The position numbers were made by a program, and so were the translations under genes. Positions 57,817 to 64,000 of a stretch of 64,000 nt of DNA are shown here, piece by piece. Below the pieces are notes generated by a model. It was not told where the DNA came from, searched no databases, and worked only from the letters and a program-made list of their open reading frames with translations. The stretch's first letter is position 1; the number at the start of each line of letters is the position of its first letter. The DNA is from Dehalococcoidia bacterium (lineage in GTDB: Bacteria; Chloroflexota; Dehalococcoidia; Lucifugimonadales; Lucifugimonadaceae), in NCBI GenBank assembly GCA_963664695.1, contig OY761543.1, forward strand, positions 957,799-1,021,798, in the 5' to 3' direction.

Positions 57817-58611
57817 CTAATCGGAGTCTTCGTCGTCATTCTGATTCTCGTCGTCATCGGGAGTGAACCCGGGGACAAGTTGGAAGCGTTTGAAGCCTTC
57901 GGCGAACGGAGCGTCGATATTTTTGCCGTTTTCGGATCGCCACCGTCGCATCCACTTGTCGACGTTTTCGGGCTCGTCGAGCTGGCTAGCGTGAGACTTG
58001 ATTGCGCCGATCGCTTTTTCGACGTCTTCCTCTTCCAAGGCGTTCCAATGGGAACTGCCTTCACCGAACATCATCACCCAGACTTCGTGGACCTTCCAGG
58101 AGTCGAGTCCCTGCGCCAAAAGACTTTCGTCCCACAGATGATCGCGGGCTGAAGGGAAAACGGCTGAGAGCGCGGCCTCGCCGGCGGCGAAGTGGTCGGG
58201 ATGGCCGATGTAGTTGGAGTGCGAGAGGTCGCGTGTCGGGTTTGTCGTGATCAGTATGTGCGGACGGTGTTTCCGGATCACCCGGACGATTTCACGACGC
58301 AGCGTGATGGTCGGTTCGAGGTAGCCGTCCGGGAAATCGAGGAACTCAATCGACTTCAGGCCGAGCACACGTCCCGCATCGGTTTGCTCCTGTTTGCGGA
58401 TCTGGCTAAGTTGAGTGGCCGTAAGTGATCGATCCTCAGTCCCCTTTGATCCATCCGTGCACATCACATAGACAACCTCCCATCCCAAACGACACCACTT
58501 TGCTACGGTGCCCGAGCATCCCCAATCGGCGTCATCAGGGTGCGCAAAGACGACCATCGCACGGGAATGCTCTTCTTGTTCAGGCGGGACTGGTTGGGAT
58601 TCGGTGGTCAT
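57817..58611 (-). CDS. PIG-L / LmbE-family N-acetylglucosaminyl deacetylase
   Basis: The 264-aa ORF has VVFAHPDDADWG (AHPDD) and HPDH metal ligands, plus an acidic C-terminal tail. Confidence 0.8.
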   Translation of the reverse strand: MTTESQPVPPEQEEHSRAMVVFAHPDDADWGCSGTVAKWCRLGWEVVYVMCTDGSKGTEDRSLTATQLSQIRKQEQTDAGRVLGLKSIEFLDFPDGYLEPTITLRREIVRVIRKHRPHILITTNPTRDLSHSNYIGHPDHFAAGEAALSAVFPSARDHLWDESLLAQGLDSWKVHEVWVMMFGEGSSHWNALEEEDVEKAIGAIKSHASQLDEPENVDKWMRRWRSENGKNIDAPFAEGFKRFQLVPGFTPDDDENQNDDEDSD

Positions 58612-58746
58612 GGTTACAACTGATCGGACGATATCGATTTCAATTGGTAGCTCGGTTCAATGTTAATTTTTGGCGGGAGCCGTCACCCCTCTCCCTCCCG
58701 GGGAGGGATTAAATCATGATTGCCGCGATTTTTGAAGATGGGTTTT

Positions 58747-58814
58747 GGGGGGGGGATTTACAAGGATCGACAGGAAGGAGGGGATGTGGGGTTGGGGGTT
58801 TTGGGTGGTAGGGG
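58747..58814 (+). other. G9 homopolymer (58747-58755) followed by a run of five G3-5 tracts (58780-58814) just upstream of purE: candidate G-quadruplex-forming leader
   Basis: The sequence is GGGGGGGGG ... GGGG-atgt-GGGG-tt-GGGGG-tttt-GGG-tggta-GGGG. It fits the G3+N1-7 x4 rule and ends 23 nt before the purE ATG. Confidence 0.5.
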
Positions 58815-58836
58815 CGGTTGCGTTAGGATTTTCAGC

Positions 58837-59355
58837 ATGAGTAAAAGCGCAAACGGGCCACTAGTCTCGGTGATTATGGGCAGCCGGTCGGACTTGCCGA
58901 CGATGCGTCATGCGGCGGAGGTTTTGAGCGAGTTGGGTGTTGCGCATGAGGTTCGGGTTGTTTCAGCACATCGGACACCGGATTTGATGACGGAGTTTGC
59001 GAAGGAGGCGAAGGCGCGTGGGGTGAAGGTGATCATCGCGGGCGCGGGCGGTGCGGCGCATTTGCCGGGGATGGTGGCGGCGAATACGGTTTTGCCGGTG
59101 ATCGGGGTGCCGGTGGAGAGTAGTGCATTGAGCGGGTTGGATTCATTGCTTTCGATCGTGCAGATGCCACGTGGAGTGCCGGTGGCCACGGTGGCGATTG
59201 GGCGTTCGGGTGCAGTCAATGCGGGGTTGCTGGCCGCACAGATCATTGGGGCGCATGATGGAGATGTGCAGACGCGGTTGGAGGAGCGTCGGGCGGACGC
59301 CACGGCGGAGGTTTTGGCGGGGACGGATGTCAGCAAGGATGATTTGGGTGAGTGA
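58837..59355 (+). CDS. purE: N5-carboxyaminoimidazole ribonucleotide mutase PurE
   Basis: The ATG at 58837 gives [23 protein letters not shown]...SAHRTP...GGAAHLPGM. The upstream 39 codons in the ORF track (from 58720) are G-tract sequence and are unlikely to be coding. Confidence 0.93.
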   Translation: MSKSANGPLVSVIMGSRSDLPTMRHAAEVLSELGVAHEVRVVSAHRTPDLMTEFAKEAKARGVKVIIAGAGGAAHLPGMVAANTVLPVIGVPVESSALSGLDSLLSIVQMPRGVPVATVAIGRSGAVNAGLLAAQIIGAHDGDVQTRLEERRADATAEVLAGTDVSKDDLGE

Positions 59356-59400
59356 GGTAAGGGGTTTAGACTTGGCGTTTTGCTTTGCACTCCGTCGCCC

Positions 59401-59456
59401 CGCCCCTCTGGATGGACGTTCCTTCCGCTTAAGTGCCGGCATTCGCCGGAATGACG
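59401..59456 (+). repeat. Interspersed 56-nt repeat, copy 2 (hairpin CCGGC-ATTC-GCCGG), 37 nt upstream of purK
   Basis: CGCCCCTCTGGATGGACGTTCCTTCCGCTTAAGTGCCGGCATTCGCCGGAATGACG matches 17354-17409 at 50 of 56 positions in the same orientation. Confidence 0.6.
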
Positions 59457-59492
59457 GTGGTTGCGCACGACAACCGATGAGAACGGTTCCAC

Positions 59493-60647
59493 GTGATGTC
59501 TCCTAACTCCACAATCGGGATATTCGGCGGCGGGCAGTTGGGTCGGATGGTGGCTATGGCGGCGAGGGCGATGGGGTATCGTTCGGTTTCGTTGGATCCG
59601 GGGAGCGATTGCCCGGCTGCGCAGGTTACGAACCATCACATCGCGGCGGCGTATGACGATCTTGATGCGGCGCGGGAGTTGGCGCAACGGTCGGATGTGG
59701 TCACGTACGAGTTTGAGAACGTGGATGCGACGGCGATCGAGTTGATTTCGGAACTAAAGCCTGTGTACCCATCGCCGTCGGTGTTGCGGGTATGTCAGGA
59801 CCGGGAGATCGAGAAGGACACGTTGTCGGGTTTGGGAATTCCGGTTCCTGAGTATCGAATCGTACGGAGTGTGGAGGAGACGGTGGCGGCGGTTGACGAT
59901 ATTGGTTTGCCGGTGGTGATGAAGACGGTGCGTTGGGGTTACGACGGTAAGGGCCAGCGGGTGGTCCGCAAGAATCCAGAGGTTGCAAAAGCCTTCGATG
60001 CGTTGAATGGGAGCATTGACGCGCCGGTGATCGTTGAAAGTCTTGTCGACTGTGCCATGGAGGTTTCGGTGGTTTGCGCTCGAGGTCTTGAAGGCGAGAT
60101 GCGGGCGTTTCCGGTGACTGAGAATGTGCATGTTGACGGGATTTTGGACACGTCGGTCGTGCCGGCACGGTGTTCGGATGCGGTGAGGGTTGCGGCTGAA
60201 CGGGTGGCGATGAGCGTGGCTGAGGGGTTGGATGTTACTGGGTTGATTGCGGTGGAGATGTTTGTGACGCGGGATGGTGAGGTTCTGGTGAATGAGTTGG
60301 CGCCGCGTCCGCACAATTCAGGGCATTGGACGATTGAGGGCTGTGTGACATCGCAGTTTGAGCAGTTGGCTCGCATCATGGTTGGGATGCCGATGGGGGA
60401 TGTCTCGTTGCGGTCGCCGACGGCAATGGTGAATCTTCTGGGAGATGTTTGGGAGACGGCTGACGGTGATCCGGATTGGGGAGCGGTTCTTGGGATGGCT
60501 CGGACGCATCTGCATCTTTACGGCAAATCAGGTTATCGAGTTGGTCGTAAGATGGGGCATATTACGGTGACGGGGAAGACGGTTGAAGAGACGTTAACGG
60601 TCGCGATTGCCGCCCGTGAGGCGTCGATGCGTCGCGTTGACGCTTGA
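59493..60647 (+). CDS. purK: N5-carboxyaminoimidazole ribonucleotide synthase PurK (ATP-grasp)
   Basis: The 384-aa ORF has IGIFGGGQLGRM, an ATP-grasp core (YDGKGQ...) and NELAPRPHNSGHWT. Confidence 0.92.
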   Translation: MMSPNSTIGIFGGGQLGRMVAMAARAMGYRSVSLDPGSDCPAAQVTNHHIAAAYDDLDAARELAQRSDVVTYEFENVDATAIELISELKPVYPSPSVLRVCQDREIEKDTLSGLGIPVPEYRIVRSVEETVAAVDDIGLPVVMKTVRWGYDGKGQRVVRKNPEVAKAFDALNGSIDAPVIVESLVDCAMEVSVVCARGLEGEMRAFPVTENVHVDGILDTSVVPARCSDAVRVAAERVAMSVAEGLDVTGLIAVEMFVTRDGEVLVNELAPRPHNSGHWTIEGCVTSQFEQLARIMVGMPMGDVSLRSPTAMVNLLGDVWETADGDPDWGAVLGMARTHLHLYGKSGYRVGRKMGHITVTGKTVEETLTVAIAAREASMRRVDA

Positions 60648-60657
60648 GGTTTGAGAG

Positions 60658-61728
60658 ATGCCGCCGCTAGTAGTAACAGCGCCATCGGAGTCGCGCCGAT
60701 TGATACGTCGGCGTCGGTTTGATTTGGCGCGCGGGGTTGCGGCGTTGCTGACGGTATTGGCGATCGCGGTGGTTGGCTTCAAGGTGATCGAGGAAGATTG
60801 GTCGTGGATGGATGCGGCGTATATGTCGGTGATCACGATGTCGACGGTGGGGTTCGAAGAAGTGAGGCCACTGAGCGAGTTGGGTCGGGTTTTTTCGATG
60901 GTGATAATCATTACCGGAGTCGGAGCGTTTGCTTACACGTTTGCGACGTTGGGAGAGCAATTGATTTCTGGACAGCTGGTAACGAATCTGAGGCAACGCG
61001 GGACGGTGGCGATGCTGCGTAGGTTGCGCGGGCATCATATCGTTGTCGGCTATGGCAATACGGGGTCGGCGGTCGCGGCTCAATTGCGTTCGGTGCAGGG
61101 AGCACGGGTTGTGGTCATCGAAACCGACGCTTCGTTGGTCCGTGACGCATCTGAGGATGGATGCACCGCGATCCACGGGGACGCTGGGCAGGACGAGGTG
61201 TTGGAGCAGGCCGGTATTGCGAAAGCGGCGAGTCTGGTTTGTGCGGCCTCTCCGGATTCGGTGACGTTGATGACGGTGTTGACGGCTCGTGTGATGGCAC
61301 CGGATCTGACCATCGTTGCACGTGCGACGTTGCCGGACTCGGCTCCGAAGTTGCTGCGGGCAGGCGCCACGAAGGTGGTTTCGATGCATGACATTGCGGC
61401 GCGGCGGATGCTGGACGAGATTTTGGGTGGGATCGGATCCAGGGAGATGGTGGAATCGGCGATCGAGGTCGAGGGTCGGCGATTACCGGTTGCGACGGGT
61501 GAGGTGGGTGTCGTCGAAGGTGGGCCATTTGCGGCGAAGGCCATTGGTGCATCGGGCGTGTTATCGACGGGTATAGTGGACGTGCTCGCCATTAGAAGGC
61601 GTGCAACATCAGAGATCGTAGATGCGCACGACGACCTTATTCTGGAGCCGGGCGATGTGTTGATCTTGGTGGGATCACCGTCGCACGTCGACGACTCGGT
61701 TGCGGCGTTGACACGGGCGCAGGAGTGA
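60658..61728 (+). CDS. 2-TM pore-loop cation channel with RCK (TrkA-N/TrkA-C) domain and a non-canonical selectivity filter
   Basis: The 356-aa ORF has the pore region WMDAAYMSVITMSTVGFEEV (TVGFEE where K+ channels have TVGYGD), the RCK Rossmann loop HIVVGYGNTGSAVA, and a TrkA-C-like C-terminus. Confidence 0.8.
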   Translation: MPPLVVTAPSESRRLIRRRRFDLARGVAALLTVLAIAVVGFKVIEEDWSWMDAAYMSVITMSTVGFEEVRPLSELGRVFSMVIIITGVGAFAYTFATLGEQLISGQLVTNLRQRGTVAMLRRLRGHHIVVGYGNTGSAVAAQLRSVQGARVVVIETDASLVRDASEDGCTAIHGDAGQDEVLEQAGIAKAASLVCAASPDSVTLMTVLTARVMAPDLTIVARATLPDSAPKLLRAGATKVVSMHDIAARRMLDEILGGIGSREMVESAIEVEGRRLPVATGEVGVVEGGPFAAKAIGASGVLSTGIVDVLAIRRRATSEIVDAHDDLILEPGDVLILVGSPSHVDDSVAALTRAQE

Positions 61729-61765
61729 GGCACCCTCTGCGTGAGGGCGACCACAAGGGGCGCAC

Positions 61766-63802
61766 CTACGCGACGGGTTGGCGCTGTTTGGCGAGGGCTT
61801 CTTTGCCGGCGTCCAGCGTTTCGATGATGGCGTCGGTGTCGAAGACGCAGCCGCCCCAGATGCCGCCGGAAGCGGATTGGAGTGCGGCCCAGAGCCGAGA
61901 GTCGTCGGGGATTTGTGGGTGAGGTTCTAGGTTTTCTGGAGTTGGCCGGTCTTCGAGTTCTTGGGTTCCCCAGTCTGTGCCGTGGTAGGTGTCGTTTTCG
62001 CCGACTAGGTTGATAGAGCCGGTGAGGTTTGTGCGGTCGATGATGATTTCGACGAGGTCGCCTTCCCTGACGCGTCCGATGGGGCCTCCGGCGAGGGCTT
62101 CAGGTCCGACGTGTCCGATGCATGCGCCGGTGGAGACGCCGGAGAAGCGGGCGTCGGTGATAAGGGCAACGTGTTTGCCGTACGAGAGGTGTTTGAGTGC
62201 GGCGGTGATTTGGTAGAGCTCCTCCATGCCGGTGCCTAGAGGACCGCCGCAGTTGACGATCATGATGTCGCCGGCTTTTATCTTGAAGTCATCGTCGCGG
62301 GTCTTGATGGCGGCGATGGCGGCGCGTTCGGAGGTGAATACGCGGGCCGTGCCGGTGTTGCGGTAGATGCCGTCGTCATCAACGACTGTTGGGTCGATGG
62401 CGGTGGATTTGATGACGGAGCCTTGGGGCGCGAGGTTTCCGCCGGGGAAGGTGACGGTGCTGGTGAGGCCTTTGGATTTGGCGCGGTCGGCGGACATGAT
62501 GACGTTGTCGGGGTCGACGCCGTCGACGTTTCTAAGGTAGTTGCGCATGTCTTGACGGCGTTCGGAGTCTTCCCACCAGTCAAGGTTGTCGTCGAGGGAC
62601 TGGCCGGTGGCGGTGAGGACGGAGGTGTCGAGGAGCCCTAGGTTGCGGAGGTGGAGCATAACTTCGGGGACTCCTCCGGCGGCGTATAGCTGGGCCGTTG
62701 GGTGTCCGATGGGGCCGTTGGGGAGGACGTCGACGATGCGAGGAACGTCGTCGTTGATGCGTCGCCAGTCGTCGACGTTCATGCGGTAGCGTCCGGCGGC
62801 GTGGGCGATTGCAGGGGTGTGTAGGAGGAGATTGGTGGAGCCGCCGCAGGCCGCGTGGACGACCATGGCGTTCTCGAAAGCTGCATCGGTGAGGATGTCG
62901 TTGGAGATTATGCCGCGGTTTTCGGCCATGACGAGGGCGCGGGCGGATCGGACGGCGACGTCGAACCATGCGGGGGTCCCGCTGGGTGAGAGTGCGGCGT
63001 GGGTGATGGCGAGTCCGAGGGCTTCGGAAACTACTTGTGATGTTCCGGCGGTACCGAGGAATTGGCAGCCTCCGCCGGGGGATGCGCAGGCTCGGCATCC
63101 GACGTCTTGGGCGTATTCGAGGGTGACTTCACCTTGGGCGAATCGGGCGCCGATGGATTGGATCATACCGGCGTCTTCACCGGATTTGGGGGCGAGGGTT
63201 ACTCCGCCGGGGACGATGACGACGGGTTTGTCGCGGAGTCCGGCGAGGGCCATCATCATAGCGGGGAGGCCTTTGTCGCAGGATGCGACGCCCATTACTC
63301 CTCGTGCGGTTGGTAGCGACCTGGCTTGGCGGCGGAAGACTTGGGCGGCATCGTTGCGGTATGGGAGGGAGTCCATCATCCCGGTGGTGCCTTGGGTGCG
63401 TCCGTCGCAGGGGTCGGAGCAGAAGGTGGCGAATGGCAGGCCGTTGAGGCGGTCGAATTCGTTGGCGGCGGCTTTGACCATTGAGGCGAGTTCGAAGTGT
63501 CCGGTGTGGAGTCCGAGGGCGACTGGTGTGCCGTCTTCCTCGCGCAGTCCGCCGGCGGTTGCGAGGATGATGAACTGCTTGCGCATGAGTTCTGCGGGGT
63601 TCCAACCCATGCCGGCGTTTTGCGACATTCCGAAGTGATCGCCGCTGGGGCTATTGGTCAGGAAGTCGGCGGTAAATGGGACGACGCCAGCGGGTCCGTC
63701 GGTCTTGGTACGGATCTCTCGGAGTTCGGCGGATTGTTGGGTGCCCAGGACATCTTCTGGTGTGAGATCGGAGGTTTTGTTGCTGCCGTTTTTGCTGGTC
63801 AT
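61766..63802 (-). CDS. IlvD/Edd-family dehydratase, long form (YjhG/YagF xylonate-dehydratase-like)
   Basis: The 678-aa ORF has the Fe-S ligand region [12 protein letters not shown] and [10 protein letters not shown]. Its length and N-terminal extension resemble the roughly 655-aa pentonate dehydratases rather than a roughly 560-aa IlvD. Confidence 0.85.
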   Translation of the reverse strand: MTSKNGSNKTSDLTPEDVLGTQQSAELREIRTKTDGPAGVVPFTADFLTNSPSGDHFGMSQNAGMGWNPAELMRKQFIILATAGGLREEDGTPVALGLHTGHFELASMVKAAANEFDRLNGLPFATFCSDPCDGRTQGTTGMMDSLPYRNDAAQVFRRQARSLPTARGVMGVASCDKGLPAMMMALAGLRDKPVVIVPGGVTLAPKSGEDAGMIQSIGARFAQGEVTLEYAQDVGCRACASPGGGCQFLGTAGTSQVVSEALGLAITHAALSPSGTPAWFDVAVRSARALVMAENRGIISNDILTDAAFENAMVVHAACGGSTNLLLHTPAIAHAAGRYRMNVDDWRRINDDVPRIVDVLPNGPIGHPTAQLYAAGGVPEVMLHLRNLGLLDTSVLTATGQSLDDNLDWWEDSERRQDMRNYLRNVDGVDPDNVIMSADRAKSKGLTSTVTFPGGNLAPQGSVIKSTAIDPTVVDDDGIYRNTGTARVFTSERAAIAAIKTRDDDFKIKAGDIMIVNCGGPLGTGMEELYQITAALKHLSYGKHVALITDARFSGVSTGACIGHVGPEALAGGPIGRVREGDLVEIIIDRTNLTGSINLVGENDTYHGTDWGTQELEDRPTPENLEPHPQIPDDSRLWAALQSASGGIWGGCVFDTDAIIETLDAGKEALAKQRQPVA

Positions 63803-64000
63803 CGTGATGCTCTCGGTGGGTATTCAGATGGGGGTATTGGCGGTGTCGCGGCGTGATTGCGATGTGGTATCAGTTTGGATATTGCGGCTGTATAATCTGA
63901 TTGCGAAAGTATAGAAGATGCTGTAGGTATGAGTTTCGTCGGCATCTTCTGACGTGTGAAGGCGTGGATCTGGATTGACAGAACCAATTCTGCAGGTTGA

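Noticed and set aside
58430-58570. A short C-rich patch on the plus strand inside the otherwise G-rich PIG-L region might be another skew boundary.
   Set aside because: It spans only about 140 nt and is explained by local amino-acid content (a G/W/D/V-rich N-terminus encoded on the minus strand). It is too short to be called a compositional island.
58720-58836. The track's purE ORF has an N-terminal extension of 39 codons.
   Set aside because: The extension consists of the G-tract sequence (GFGGG…GGRGG) and starts at TTG. The canonical PurE N-terminus begins at ATG 58837.
58908-63638. Many long alternative-frame or antisense ORFs appear in the track across purE, purK, the channel gene and the IlvD-like gene. 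Examples are 58908-59687(-), 59754-60314(-), 60667-61389(-), 61080-61754(-), 62580-63098(-) and 62817-63638(+).
   Set aside because: Their translations are low-complexity R/P/H/S/T-rich strings that overlap strongly supported genes. They result from the extreme strand skew, which leaves few stop codons on the C/A-rich strand.
1-64000. I looked for CRISPR arrays, transposases, integrases, phage genes, toxin-antitoxin pairs, restriction-modification or other defence modules, and for inteins in NrdJ, RecA, UvrA and DnaA.
   Set aside because: None was recognisable. There are no regularly spaced direct repeats. All large proteins are colinear with their families apart from terminal extensions. 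The window looks like core chromosome.

Overview
This 64-kb stretch of a moderately GC-rich bacterial chromosome is packed almost end to end with housekeeping and catabolic genes. I call about 58 CDS, one of them frameshifted, plus one tRNA. I recognised no transposase, integrase, phage, CRISPR or known defence genes, so I cannot point to a classical accessory island or a new gene system. Gene content, left to right: nrdJ (cut by the window edge) and nrdR; a stripped-down division cluster rsmH-ftsA-ftsZ; mogA-trmD; DUF167-birA; two tandem Eis-like GNATs; two orphan hypotheticals; an enolase-superfamily enzyme; a second, unlinked ftsZ; a TPP enzyme; recA, a CorC-type transporter and tilS; a PRTase; a GT2; purH-purM-purF; a 2-hydroxyacid dehydrogenase; thrB-lysC; a frameshifted polyprenol-P mannosyltransferase; a stand-alone pterin-binding methyltransferase; two tandem YihY/BrkB proteins; an ACC-deaminase-family PLP enzyme, a thioesterase and uvrA; a string Rrf2 / MoeB-like E1 / cysteine synthase / amidase / atypical SDR; rplY, rny, a PHP phosphoesterase and plsY; an epimerase; a second enolase-family dehydratase; tRNA-Gly(CCC); tenA, orn, dnaA, fmt; an amidohydrolase; a PIG-L deacetylase; purE-purK; an RCK-gated channel; and a long IlvD/Edd dehydratase. 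RNase Y plus FtsA, a dcw locus with no peptidoglycan genes, and many enolase/amidohydrolase-type enzymes would fit a Chloroflexota-like lineage, but that is inference only. The most unusual signals are compositional and architectural: (1) very strong strand-specific G+T versus C+A (keto/amino) skew whose polarity flips next to dnaA, a candidate origin; (2) a 1.7-kb island of inverted skew that begins in the middle of the cysteine synthase gene; (3) two FtsZ paralogues, where the copy next to ftsA lacks the canonical C-terminal FtsA-binding peptide and the unlinked copy keeps it; (4) a divergent DnaA with no dnaN and no obvious DnaA boxes; (5) an interspersed MITE-like repeat upstream of recA and purK; (6) an MoeB-cysteine synthase-amidase arrangement with no visible CysO or Mec. 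All coordinates and base counts were worked out by hand. No database search was run.
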